This document shows, in pieces, positions 30,850 to 46,422 of a stretch of DNA of 64,000 nt. The translations under genes were made by a program, and so were the position numbers. The notes under the pieces are model-generated. The model was not told the origin of the DNA. It made no database searches and saw nothing but the letters and a program-made list of their open reading frames with translations. The DNA lies in contig JASVEC010000021.1 in assembly GCA_030770535.1 (NCBI GenBank), forward strand, positions 1 to 64,000. The letters run 5' to 3'. Position 1 is the first letter of the stretch. Each line of letters starts with the position of its first letter. This DNA comes from Batkoa obscura. Lineage: Eukaryota.

Positions 30850-32787
30850 ATGAATCTCATGGTACCAAACGAACCAAATCAAAACTTAAATCCAACTTCG
30901 CTTCCATGTCTATTGAATTCGCTTAGAACAAAGATAAGTGCTCAATGTCCAGAAATCAAAGAATGTATGCTTAAACATGTGGAACATTTATCACATGAAC
31001 AAAGAAACGTAGTACTCTCTTGTTGGGATGCTTTCAATAATAGTACTGATCAACAAAGAGATTTAATACTTACTGGGATATTATTAAGATGTTCAATAAA
31101 CCAACTTTCCTATGTTTCTAATTGTTTACAACCTCTACTTAAAGTAGATTTTATTTCTAAATTACCAAGAGAGCTTTCATTAAAAATTTTATCATACCTT
31201 GATGCAAAGTCTTTAGTCCAAGCTTCTAGCGTCTCAAAGGTATGGAAGAGTGCTGCTGAAGATGATTTATTGTGGCGTACCTTATGTGATCAACATATCA
31301 ATAAAAAGTGTACAAAATGTGGTTGGGGTTTACCTCTTTTATTAGATGACTATTTAAAAAGAAAGAAAGTTGAGCTTATGACATCAACAAAAAGATCTAG
31401 AGAATATGAATCACCAGAATCACCCCCTAATTCAATCCAAAATTATAATGGTAATATTGTACTTAAAACATAAACAATCAGTTACTTATCTTAAATAGGA
31501 TACCCTTCCCAAAAAATTAGACTTGATCATCATATGTCTGTTAAAAGTCATGTAACTTCTTCCCCTGTTTCAACTGGATATGAGATTAAATTAGATCCAA
31601 GGAAAAGCTTTTGGAAGTTTATATATCGTGATAGACTTAGCATTGAACGTAATTGGCGTCGCGGTAAATTTTTTAAGAAATCTATTAACGTACATCTGAG
31701 TGGAGTTCATTGTCATCAATCAAATCAAGATATTATTATTGCTGCAACTTACTCCCCTAATCTTGAAATATTTAATTTGAAGACAGGTAAAAAAATACGT
31801 ACCCTCACTGGCCATTTTGCCGCAGTACGTGACCTTTATTTTGATGATGTGCGCCTAGTTACTGCTTCTCATGATAACACTGTAAGGATATGGTGTTATC
31901 GCGAAGGCCTTTGTAAACGTATTATCCCTGCACCTGGAGCTCAATGTCTTCACTTTGAAAAGGATTATTTAGCAGTAGGATTAGCTTCTGGTTCAATTCA
32001 TATTTGGAATTTCCGTAAAACAACTCGACATAGTTTGGTAGGACATACTGATTCAGTAACTAAAGTAAGGGTGTTTAAAGAAACATTTTTACTTTCAAGT
32101 TCAGATGATGGCACTGTAAGACTATGGAATATTGAAACTTTGGAATGCATTCGTGTATTTCAAGGACATACTTCTTCCGTTACATGCTTCCAATTTAGTA
32201 TCCCAAATTTATTTCCTGTAAGTGAGCTCATGAAGCAAAATCTACCAGTACCAGAATCACCTACTCGTTCCCCATCACCACCTTATAATTCTAGATGTGA
32301 TGATACTTTAACAAACGGTACTTCACTTTCAACTCTTCTTTCTGCTAATATACCAAATCCAACACACTCACAACTTCATCGTGCACCTTTATTAGTTACA
32401 GGATCAGCAGACAATACTTTGCGAGTATGGTCATTGCAGACTGGTAAATGTTTAAGACAAAGCTTCGGACACTTAGGGGAAATCACATGTTTAGATATGG
32501 ATTCATTAAGAATTGTAAGTGGATCAATGGACGGATGTATCAAAGTATGGGATTTAGATAGCGGTCGATGTATGCATACTATGTTTGGAGATGAATCAGG
32601 GGATAATGATACTCCACCACCTCCGATGCTATGTGCATCATTAACAGATACTCGAATAATTGCGGGATCACAAAATGGTAAATTATATCTTTGGGATTGT
32701 TCAAGTGATTCACACCCTGCTTGCTCACTTAATGCTCTTTTATCACCAAGTGAACCAGATCATGGCTGGGCATATCATTTGAATTAA
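30850..32787 (+). CDS. MET30: F-box/WD40 protein of the Met30/SconB/SCON-2 family (2 exons)
   Basis: F-box DFISKLPRELSLKILSYLD, Met30-family motif CDQHINKKCTKCGWGLPLL, WD40 repeats; intron about 31451-31498. Confidence 0.88.
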
Positions 32788-32957
32788 TTTGACTTTTAAC
32801 ATACAAACTAACATCATTATATATTTTAATGCCAATTTCATTGAGAAGTTAATAAAATTTAAATAAAAGTAAGAATAAAATAAAATTTATAATTTTATTT
32901 GATGTTAATATAATATTCATTATTTTTATTATGCTTATATTATAAGATAATATTGAG

Positions 32958-35900
32958 TTATAAGAAATCTTTCATTAAAGCTGGAAATCGAACAGCGTTT
33001 GATGAACCATCATTAAATCGATACCATGCTTTTGTTTTGTTCTTTTTAGTTATATCCTTTTCTTTAGTTTGATTAATAACTAAATAATTTTATTTAATCA
33101 AAATAGTAAATCAATCTATTAATCTTTTACTTTTTGGTTTCATAAATTTTGCAAATGGATCTTCTCTAATTTTACGTTTTTTCATTGAGATTACTTCTTT
33201 ATTTCTTATAATACTTCTATAAATACTAGTTAATAAATATATATAAGAATAAGTTAGTTTGTTTACTCTGGAACTTTAGTTATAATAGTTGATCCTTGTC
33301 CAATTAGTTTTGGTTCTTTTTTATTTAGTGAAATTTTTTCCAACTATTAATTATTATTTAATAATACTATATAATATATATAATATAGTATTAATTACTT
33401 CTTGTGAGATGAATTGAATAACTTCATATCTCATCTTTTTATTCTTGAAACTTAAAATATCGTTCAACTCCATGTTTGTAACCGAATCAATTGGTCTAAT
33501 AAATAAATAAAATATAAAATATAAAGTATAATAATATTATTACGGATCTAAAATATAGTGGTATTTTCCTTCTTCATCTTTTTGTTGTATAAATCTGAGA
33601 TTGAGCCGTGACATTTTAGTTGTCATTTTATTTATGATCTCTTTTTCATTTGGTTTTAAATTGGATATATTAATTTGAAATAAATCAGGATTAAGAATGA
33701 TTTGAATAATACTTGTAAAATAAGTTTTAACATCATTCAATTGAACATAATCTCGCATTTTTAAATTCAATCCATTATAAAAGTTGGTTAAAATACTTTT
33801 GTTCTTATTTAATGTTTCTCGAAGCTAAATAATTAATTGATGCTGATATAGATTACATGTTGTTTTACCTTTTTTTCTGCTCTAGGAAATTCCATTTTAC
33901 CGCAAACAGCAGAAGCAAATAAAGGATGAAAAGAGACTAACATATGTGGGATATAGCATGATAATTCACTTTGTTGTCGGGTATGAATACGTAAATTTAA
34001 GTTATCATACATCATCATATATTCACTTGCTTGTGTTACTCTATCTAAATAAATATCCAAACTTCTAGATTTTAAATAATTCTCAAAACAACCTAGCAAA
34101 ATATTGTTAGTATACTTGATTTCAATATATAATTGTAAATATTACCTTCAAATATTATATTATAGCTGCCATGTGTATTTAACATTGATACTAAATGAGA
34201 GCAGTAGATGCTTTGAGTATTTACTATCAAAGTTATATAAATGAATAAATGAATAAATGAATTTATGACTTATCTATATGAATTTTACCTGTTTTTATTT
34301 CATCACTATTCAATGCTCTTTTATTAATGAGTTCTGTCCTTGAAGCAGGAAATTTAAAAATAGAATCCCATATAGTGAACAATGAATTTGGAGAATCTTT
34401 TTGCCCTGAATAGCTTTGTGATACTAATTCATACGTAATTTTACGATCATAGGTTTCGCTAAAGTACTAATAATAAAGCAAATTAGGATAAATGAATGAA
34501 GAGGGTACTTTCTATTACTTGAAGCATATTTATAGCTGCCCTTGTATCACAATCAACAATCTCACATAATTTATTCAAAGTCATGTGATTACATTCTAAT
34601 TTTTCATATTTGCAAATAAGTTTTAAGTGATTCACTAGTTCATAGGATGGTAATTTTTTAAATTGGATTATCTTACAATGTTGGCGAAGGTTACGTAAAG
34701 CAGGAGTAAATCTATAAATAAATAAATGAATACAATATATTTTTCTTAAAAACAACTTACTCTTCGTTACAAATACAAATAATCGGTCTTTTCAATTCCT
34801 TTTTTTTACTTTTACTCGATTTGTTGTCACCTTAATTAAATTATTAAAAATTTTAAATTAAAACAAGTTATTTACTCTGATCTCCTATTAATTTTATTAG
34901 CATGTTGATAAAATTCTAATTATAAACGTTAGTATATATAAACAATATTTCTATTAATAAAATTTACATCTCCTCCACCAGAAGTAGATACACCATCTAT
35001 TTCATCAATGACTATTAAATTTGGTCTTTTTTCCTTAAACATAGATCTCATTTCTATAGCTGAGGTAATTTTTTCTTTTACTGTATTGGAAGTACGATCA
35101 TCACTATATATTGGTAATTTATATTCTTGTTATACTCCAAATAGTCATTACCTTGCATTTATTTCAATAATATTATAGCCGCAATGATTCCCTATTACAT
35201 GTGCTAGACTGGTTTTTCCCAACCCGGGTGGACCAGTAAGTAGTAATAATTTATGTTCAGGTCTTTTAAGAGTATCAATATACTTTTATATTAAATAAAT
35301 TAAAATTGAGCTGAATAGTTATAAAATATTACATTTTCGCTATCATAACCGGTATTATCTTTTACATTGCTTTTGCCTGCATCTGATTTCCCAAATACAC
35401 AAAAATCCCAACTTTTTAACCAGTCTAATGCTTCTAAATTGACTTGCTAAATAAACAAATTAATACAAATACTAAGACTTATAAAGCTTTACTTCATTTC
35501 CTACTAAATGCATGAATTTAGTGGGTCGGTATTTATCTACCCATAGTTCTTTATTTTGAGTCATTTCTCTTTTTGAGTTTGCTTTCAGCTTATTCCTATT
35601 TATATGAGTACATTTAAAACTTTACTAGTGACTGTTTACTTCAAGTTTGAGTTCATTTCTCTTGCTTTCTATTTTTGAGTTAGTATTTATGTTATTTAAA
35701 CTTCATTAGTTACTTCATCTTCGATCTTATCCAATATGTTATAGATTGAAGTTGATAATAGACCCTGCTTAGTAGATGCTTCTCTTTTTTGGATAGACTA
35801 ATATAACCTATAAACATTATAATTTATATTGCATACTAATAATATTTACTGAATTAAATCTTAATGTTGATTCCGATCTTCTAGGAATATTTAATATAGC

Positions 35901-36209
35901 CCCATTTGAATTAGTTGCAATAACAAATCTTCCATAAATATTTGGATCGTAATAATTTATTATGCTTTTGCTATCGTTGTTTTGTTCAATAGTACTAATT
36001 TTACTATGGCTACTATCCCTTAATTTTTTATTAGTATGATTTATTTCATCTTTGGTTGATGAAAACTTAAAAGCTTTATTTAACTCTTCTTTATCACTAA
36101 TATTTTCTAAGGGATCCCTCGATTTTGTATTATCATTGATCTCCATTTCATCGTCTATATAATATTTCTCCATCATTTCCATTTCATCAAATATATCAAA
36201 GTCTTCCAT
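32958..36209 (-). CDS. CTF18: Chromosome transmission fidelity protein 18 (alternative RFC large subunit), multi-exon
   Basis: LWVDKYRP, WLKSWDFCVFG, GPPGLGKTSLAH, EINASD, DEIDG, C-terminal WYRFNDGSSNAVR. Confidence 0.93.
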
Positions 36210-36641
36210 CTATTTATATCTTTTATAAAACAAAAAAAGAAATATTTTATTCGACTATATTTTAGTAATATGAGTCAAGACGCGGACATAATAAAAATAA
36301 AACAATAACGCAATAAACGCGCTAACAATTGAAGTTTATTGGTTAGAGAAAGAAAACAATTTTTGTAAAAATATTATTAATTAATATATATTTGAACATG
36401 TAAATCACTATGAACACACGAACCATCTGTCCAATTAGCAATACCTATCAAAAAATTGCTAGTAATTCAGCAGATGCTTCGCATGCTTATAGTAGTTCAC
36501 ATCTCCAACTTTACGTTAGTTTTTGTGACAATGTAATGATGTAGAGATATCATGGAAGCGTAAATTACTTTAGAATAAGCTTTAATGCAACATGATTGAA
36601 AGGTTTGAATTCAATACTTTTTGCTTTAAGTTTTAGTATAT

Positions 36642-36735
36642 AAGGATGCCTTTTTTGATTTTATTTATCTTTTCCCTTTTTAAACGTCACTGAGTGGAAA
36701 AATTATTAATAAAATCTTCAAAAAAAAGCATGCTT
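36642..36735 (+). mobile_element. MITE copy 11, degenerate
   Basis: Core TTTTAAACGTCACTGAGTGGAAAAATTATTAATAAAATCTT with ATAT flanks. Confidence 0.65.
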
Positions 36736-37148
36736 ATATAAAATATTTATAATAAAATATATTTTTCTATATGTAAAGTTTTCTTATAATGTAGTTTACA
36801 AACCATTGATGGGAAAATAGAATTGTTCAAACATTCATAGTCAATAAACTACTGCCCCTTTGATGAGTACAGTTTTCAGTTATATAAGAAATAGAGTTTT
36901 TAAACAAGAATCTTTGTATATTTAATTTGATTTATTAGTGGTATGTTTATTATTTATCAAGGCAATTAATGGTTTCATTAGTAACTTTTCTTAAATTTTA
37001 ATTTTATTAAAAATTTTTACTTTTAAAATCTTGAATTCATTCATTTTGAATAAAATCATATTATGTCATTCCATGAGAATAGTTTTGAACATCAATAAAA
37101 TTCATTAAAAAACATTCAAGCAATCATAGCAGTTACTTTTTAAACGAA

Positions 37149-38702
37149 ATGGAAGATATACCTGAGCTAGTATTAATAGAAGAAAAGAAAAGTGAAGTAC
37201 AAAACATAAATGAAACGGGTATAAAAGGTAAAATACCAATAACTATTGTTACTGGATACCTTGGATCTGGAAAAACTACATTGTTAAATTATGTATTAAC
37301 TCAACCCCATGGTAAAAAAATCGCAGTTATATTAAACGAATTTGGAGAAAGTAAGTTCAAAATTCAAGAGAAGCAAAGCTTACAAATTAAAATTTTAGGC
37401 TCTGGAATAGAGAGGAATACTTTAGAAAAAGAAGAAAGAAGTGGTGATTGGTTTGAAGAATGGCTTGAATTCAGAAATGGATGCTTATGCTGCTCTGTAA
37501 AGTAATTGTTGTTTGAATTTAATAAGAAGTATATTAATTTCGTTAAAAAGAGATGCTGGAGTAAAGGCAATCGAAAATCTTCTAGAGAAAAACTCTTCGT
37601 TTGATTATGTCATACTTGAAACGACAGGTACTTTTTGCTGTTATTTAGCGTAAATTAAGTTTATTTTTCTTTTTAAAATTACTAGGTTTAGCAGATCCAG
37701 GTAAGTCATTGTTAAAGATTCTTTTAATTTAAACTCATTGGAATAGGCCCAATTATTTCAATGTTTTGGTTAGATGAGCAATTAGAATCTAATATTGAAC
37801 TTGATGGTGTTGTTACCTTAGTCGATGCAAAATATGGTATAAAAGTAATTTGATTTATAATACAAAATTGGAACAAATAATATATTATTTATTATAGAAT
37901 ATTGAAGAATTGAGAGAAGATGGCTCAATTAATGAAGCTTCAAGGTACATTATTTGAGCTTATTTTACTTAAATGATAACAAAAATAGACAAATAGCTTT
38001 AGCCGATCGTATTATTATTAATAAGATAGACTTAGTCAATGATGAAGAATTAAGTACTTTAAAAGATAAAATCAAGTAACTAAGCATCTAAAATAATATT
38101 AGTATTTATTAATATTCTTAGGCAAATTAATTCTTCAGCAACTATTGTAACAAGTGAAAGATCAAAGTAAATAAACGATCTTTTAGTTAAAATTGTAAGT
38201 ACTAATTTTATTCTTAGAGTCGATTTAGCAAATGTATTAAACCTCAGTGCATATAAAGCTTCTCGTTTTGATCTTTCCACCCTTGAAGGTTGGAAAGATT
38301 TACCTTCCCATTCTAGCAATGTTAAAGAAGTAATAAATTGTAATTTCATATTTAGCTTTAATTAATTATATTTAGTCAATAACAACCGTCACCATTCCAC
38401 TTGATAATATAAAGAGCATTGATGTAAGTAAAGTAGAAAAATGGATTCAAAGTTTGTTATGGGAGCAGGAAGTACCACCTTATGATAATAATTCAGCTAT
38501 TGATAATAATTTTGAAATATTAAGATTAAAGGGAATTTTTTACACAAATGACAAAACTTTTGTGATTCAAGGAGTACAACAGCTATATGAAATACAAGAA
38601 ATAAGTAAAGATGAAGATATTCAAAAGTCACGTATCATATTAATTGGTAGAAGATTACCAAAACAATCTATTTTAGATTCTATATTTTGGAATTTGACTT
38701 AA
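37149..38702 (+). CDS. ZNG1: COG0523/CobW-family zinc metallochaperone GTPase (Zng1/CBWD-like), multi-exon
   Basis: N-terminal DIPELV motif, [43 protein letters not shown]. Confidence 0.9.
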
Positions 38703-38763
38703 AGTCTATTCAATAAAATTTATATTTAAAAATTTTACTTATTTTATTTTATTTCTTATAAAT

Positions 38764-39698
38764 CTATTCTTCTTCTAATGACTTTTTTACTATCTCTTCT
38801 TTTTCAGCTAGTTTATTCTTTTGTATTTCTAATCCTTCTAAGCGTTTTCTATTTCTTCTTTCTTCTTTACTTTCATACTCTTTCTTATTTTTTGATTTGG
38901 TATTAAATAAGTTTTTCTCAAGAGCCAATTTATATCTCTTCATATGATCAAAGTTCAAGTCAAATCTATGGTTACCTATTCTTAATAACATAGTAAGATA
39001 AGCTGGTGTGACCAAAAGTTCTGCCTTTAAAGTCCCATCTTCATTTTCTTCAGTAACTCTAGCTATTGGGACATCTAATTTTGCTGCGCTTCTTATACCA
39101 ACTAAGCATCTTCCTTTATTACTTAATATTAACCCAGAGTTTCTAAACCCTAAAGCTAAGCTAGTTTCTAATAACTCTTTTCCGCTTGATGTATCACGGG
39201 CTTGTACGTGAAGTACCTAACTATTTTAGTCATATCAAACAATGGAGCTAATAAACTTACCATAGGTTCAAATTTGAACCATACAAATCTTGATTTAAGA
39301 CAACGTGAAATTTCGTATTCTTTGTTTGGGTTATCTACTAATTTTACGTTAGGTAATAAAAGTTCAATCGATTGTGAGTCCTGTTTGATTTGTTCCATAT
39401 CAATTTTATCGTGCGTAACCATAAGCCAATACCCCCCACCTTTAGGAGTCGTCCCACTTAAATCAGCTTCTTCAGAAGAATCGGCTGTAACAATAGGGTC
39501 ACAGTAAATTGCAATTCTACCAGAACAAGAAGAGGTAGTAACATAGTCTTTATGAGAGTTTAAGACATCCATAATTGGAAGTATAGGGATGTCTACTGAC
39601 CCTTTTGGACTGAGATCTGTTTCATCTGGTATCGATAAATCATGTAAGATTTTGCTTTTTTTCTGGTTAAAATTTGTATCTTCTCCTACTGTATTCAT
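38764..39698 (-). CDS. TYW3: tRNA wybutosine-synthesizing protein 3 (2 exons)
   Basis: DLSPKGSVD, YVTTSSCSGRI, FKFEP, GFRNSG; intron about 39218-39261. Confidence 0.93.
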
Positions 39699-39879
39699 TT
39701 TAAAAGTAGAACTTAAAATTAAGTGAACTTTAAAATAAATTTAGTAGGAAGTTAAATAGAATATTATTTGGTAAAAATTATTACTTTAATTAAAAAAGTA
39801 AATATCGAAAATAGTACTTAAAAGTATTTCTATTAAATTTGGAATAATTCTAATATTAAATTTATTGTTTTAAATCATT

Positions 39880-41382
<1,503 letters not shown>

Positions 41383-41507
41383 GTTTATAACCTTGTAAAT
41401 TAGTTAGATATTATTTGATTTTAATTTTGATTTTAAAATACCTTCGAATAAACGATAAAAGATATTACTATTTTGAAAAAAAATTACTTTTCTACTAACA
41501 AGTTTGT

Positions 41508-41626
41508 TTATTGGCTAAAGTTGGATTGGAAGTAAAAATAGGCGTCCTTCATTGGCTATTTTCGAAAATTTAATTAGCCAATTAAAATGAATTTATTACT
41601 GTCCCATATATTATCTATAACCAATG
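41508..41626. promoter_or_regulatory. Cluster of five CCAAT/ATTGG boxes upstream of IDH2
   Basis: ATTGG at about 41510, 41525 and 41551; CCAAT at about 41578 and 41621. Confidence 0.5.
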
Positions 41627-43209
41627 AATTTAAATTATTTAAACAAGAGTTTACCCTCTCTATCAGATACATTATTAAAGAATGATCACAGTTATGATCA
41701 GATAATACTAGGATGAAAACTAATTCCTTAATAAAAAGAACAGGGATGATACAGGTAATTTAAACTGTAATTAGAGTTTATAAAGTAAAACTTTAATTTA
41801 TGTGTAACCTCTAATAGCTATGAATTTTATTCAGAGGCAAAATAAGTTAGAGAATAGTCCTCAATATCGATAATATTATCCAAGCTAAATGAGCTAGATT
41901 TATCTATTTTTATCATCATTTGTAATATAAGGATAAAATGCAATGTATTAACCAAGATTACTAAGTAAATTATATTGGTAAAATAAAAAATCTTACTTTT
42001 ATTGAAATATTTTAATCAATCTTAATAGTTGAATAATTTAAATAAAACATGATTATGAGTAGTATTAGAAAAAACATCTTTATATATACTAGAACTATTA
42101 TAAGTAATTACATAATTTTATTAATAAAACTTTATAAGTAACAAATTTGTTTTTAGCTATTAAAAAAAATTAAGCCAAAGCTGCATTTAAAGTTAACTAT
42201 AATAAAAGTGGTACATCAACATTTAATAAAAAGGAATATTAAACATAAAAACTATCAAAAGTAAAATATAGTAATAACTGATTGGAATTTTAAAACAAAC
42301 AATTAAAAAAAATAGTTTAATTTATGTATGCTTTGAACATTTTTCATATTTGAGTCAAAAAAGGAACCATAGTTATATATTCTATATATTAATAAAATAC
42401 TATCCAACTTTAGCTATTATATGAAATATAAATTTATAAAAATATTATAAATTATGTACTATTATATTATTACTATTTTTTACAGTATTAATGTTTCTTC
42501 ATATCTCCTGTCCTTAAGTACCTATAGCAATATAGAATTAAGCTTTGATAAATACTTATTATAAAGATAATACTTTTATCTGCTTAAGGTTTTCTGTATT
42601 GATTTTAAACAAGATTCAAAACTAAATATATCAAATTAATAAAAACTAAATATGTTTGGATAATTGCAAGTTAATCTATTTGATAAAAAACTTGTCTATT
42701 TGTAGTTGCACAGGTAAATAGGAGTGCTATTTAAGCTTAATCAAAAAAATAAAGATAATGATAGGATAAAATAATAACTTTTTAGTTAAAATTGTATGCC
42801 AGCAAAAATTAAACACTGACCAAGCCAAAAAATAAAGTCTAGTTATTAAATTCGGTTGGATTGTGAGTGCTTAATTCTACCTGCTATCAGTAATCTAAAC
42901 TAAGTACTAAAAATTCTCACATTCTTTATTTTGAACTTTAAAGAGTTTGTAGTCTAAAAGAACATATAAATAAAAGACTGTTTATTCATATATATATATA
43001 ACATCCCAATGGCAAAAACATGTTAAATCTTAGATTGTTAAAAAATAGTTTTATGACTCATCTAGCATTAATTTAAGACTTCTATAAACAATAAATTAAA
43101 GTTAAATAATATTTTAAATCCAAATTTAGTAATTTTATAAGGATTCCTAGACTAAAGCTCAGAAATTCAAAAAATCTTTTTTCATCTTTTGAATAAAATA
43201 TTAAATAAT

Positions 43210-45358
43210 ATGGATGCCTTCTTTTTGTTATCATCCGGCGCTAAATTTGATAAAAAGAGATTTAAGAAAGAAATAAATTTAATAAATGTAAATAGCATCA
43301 GCTTAATCTAATTCTTATTAATCCTTTTTTTAATAGTCGAAGGAGGATAGCGAAATAAAAAAAGGAGATGAATTACTGAGAGATAATGCTTTACCGAAAG
43401 AATTGGATTTTTTCAATGATGAGAAACTAATAGAAAACGAGAACTCTAAGGTTAGCACCAAAGTGGGAATGATTATAGAGGAAGGTAAATATTATTATCA
43501 CATCTATTAATCATAGCTCAGATTATTGCTATTAGAAGCAGAACCTATAAAAAACAAAACTGAAGCCGCACAGTTTCGAAATAAAAACAGAATTAAAGTT
43601 TATGGTACAGATGTACCTTACCCTATTCAATCATTTTCAGAATTGCTAAACAGGTAAAAAATATACTTAAATGTACAGCAATTAATATAAAAATATAAAA
43701 ATGTAAAATAGGGAAAAGATGACAAGAAACTTAAAAAGAAGCATCAAGAGTTTACCATACAAAGATATAACACCAATTCAAATACAAGCAATTCCTGTTA
43801 TCCTTGCAGTAATAATTAAATAAAATTTTAACTTCAATAAACTAATTTTTAGTCTCGCGATTTACTCGCATGTGCTCCAACTGGAACTGGAAAAACAATG
43901 GCATTTGCGATCCCTACACTTCAATTATTGGGAGCTCCAAGCAAAGAAGGTTATAGAGCAATAGTAATATCGCCAACTAGAGAGTTAGCTCGCCAAGTAA
44001 TTTTTTAAGCTCAGTTTTAGAATAAATTACTTATTTTTTAGATTCAAAACCAATTTTTGAGATTAGCTGAAGGAACAAAGTTTAAAATTCAATTACTAAC
44101 AAAAGCAACCGCATCCTCATTCAATCAGCCTGAGAAATCAAAACCAAAATTTGATGTATTAGTGACTACACCGTTACGCTTAGTAAAAGCTATTAAGGAA
44201 GAAAAAGTTGATTTGAGCAAGTAAAATTAGTTAAAATTAATTTTTAATCAATAGTAACATAATATTATTAGAGTTATACAATTAGTTTTTGATGAAGCAG
44301 ACAAGCTGTTTGAAATGAATTTTATTGAGCAAATTGATGAAATAATTGCTGCATGTACATCACCTGAGTTACGTAAAGCTATGTTTTCTGCAACTATACC
44401 CGCAGGAGTAGAAAAATTAGCCACGACAATTATGCATGATGCTGTACGTATAGTTGTTGGAAATAAGTATGCCTTTTTTAATTCGATTATACTCTACTAA
44501 TATTTTTTAAAGAGATGGGGCAACAGAAATTATCGATCAAAAGCTTGTGTATTGTGGTCAAGAAAATGGGAAGTTAATCGCATTAAGACGCCTGATTAAA
44601 GAAGGAATTGAGCCACCAGCATTGATATTCGTTCAATCTGTTGAAAGAGCCAAGCAGTTATACAAAGAATTAGCCTATGACAATATTCACTTGGATGTAA
44701 TACATGCAGAAAAAACACAAAGTCAAGTAATGAATTACATTATAATACGACAGTAATACTTATATCTTTTAGCGTGATACAATTATCTCTAGATTTAGAA
44801 AAGGAGAAATTTGGGTATTAATATGTACTGATTTAATGGGTAGAGGATTAGATTTCAAAGGAGTTAATTTAGTAATAAACTATGATTTCCCTCAGACTAT
44901 TCAGTCATATGTGCACAGAATCGGGAGAACCGGAAGAGCAGGAAGAACTGGAAAGGCAGTTACCTATTTTACTGATATTGATGCAGAATATTTAAGAAGG
45001 TAATTAATTTATATTTAAATTGTATCGATCTAAAAAAAACTAGTGTTGCGAATGTGATGAAATCATCAGGATGCGAAGTACCAGAATGGATGCTCCAATT
45101 AAAAAAGGCTAGGTAAATGAATATAAACAAATTAATATTGATGAATCTAAAATAACCTTAAATTTAGTAAAAATGATAGAATAAAAATGAAGCATGTTGC
45201 TTTAAAAAGAGATGACATTTCTGGTCAAAGTACTTTTGACAGAAGAGCCAAAGCTAAAAAGAGGTAATTTATAGTATAATAAAGGAAAATAAATGCTAAA
45301 ACAAACAATTTCCAGAAACATTATAAAGAACTCAAAAGAGACAAACCCAGAAAAGTAA
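43210..45358 (+). CDS. ROK1: DEAD-box RNA helicase Rok1/DDX52, multi-exon
   Basis: [19 protein letters not shown]-terminus, [45 protein letters not shown]. Confidence 0.93.
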
Positions 45359-45672
45359 ATTATTTTAGAAAATAAACATAGAATAAACGTAAATTGTTTT
45401 TTTAACTATGAAAATAATTATTTCGATGCTTTCTATAAACATTTGCATTCTTTTATTATTATATTTTCGACTATAAATCAACCAAATTTCATTTATGTAG
45501 TTTTTAATTATTTATAAAAGTTAAAATGTTATTCTTATAGATCAATATTAATTAGAGGAAATATTTAAAATTTAAGTTAAATGTAAATTAATTATTACTA
45601 TACTTGTTGTAATCTAAGAATATATATAAAATATATGAATAGCTAAGGTATAAAGGCTATAATCTGCTATAT

Positions 45673-45770
45673 GAGGATGGCTTTTTAGTTTCATTACTTT
45701 TTCCACCTTTTAAGCGTTATTTGAGTGGAAACATTGTTAGTAAAATTGTTAAGCAAAAAAATACATGCCC
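45673..45770 (+). mobile_element. MITE copy 12
   Basis: GAGGATGG...ACATGCCC, ATAT/ATAT. Confidence 0.85.
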
Positions 45771-46422
45771 ATATCATCTCTATTTGTATATTTTAAAAAA
45801 ATAAAATTAGATTTTAATTGAAAATACTAAATTTGACTATTTTCATTTCCTAAATATTTTAAGTAAAAGTTTAAACTTCATTTTGATTTTGATTTTATTT
45901 AAAGATATTAATTATATAACTAGTTTATTAATATATAAATTTTATTAACTTTTAAAGTTAATCCAACATTTGAAAATTGAAGCAATAGTTATATTCATAC
46001 ATTTATTAAAAAGTAGTGAATCCCCAACAACACTAATCCCCAAAATGAGATTCATCCAATAATACAACCAAATTTTGATCACTTGACTGATTTGAAAATA
46101 TTTGACCAATCGGTTAATTGTAAGTTACTAAGTCAAAAATAATTGGTCTAATTGTTTCAATTCATTTAATTTCCATATTAGATAATAATATCCTAATTTC
46201 ATGTCTTTAAGTAGCTAAACATCCAATCAGATTCTTATAAATAGATGGAGTAACGTAGCTTACCCAATCTACTAAAAACCGTCACCTCAGATCAGAATTA
46301 ACATATTTTAACAATTTTTAAATTACTCTAATAATTCATTAAACAACTTACATTAAGGTTATCAAAAAGATTTTAAAATAAAGCACATTTGTATATATTC
46401 CTTTTAAAAGCAAATTTTCATA

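Noticed and set aside
41630..43200. 1.6-kb gap between IDH2 and ROK1 searched for a hidden gene or RNA
   Set aside because: No supportable ORF, tRNA or repeat found by eye.
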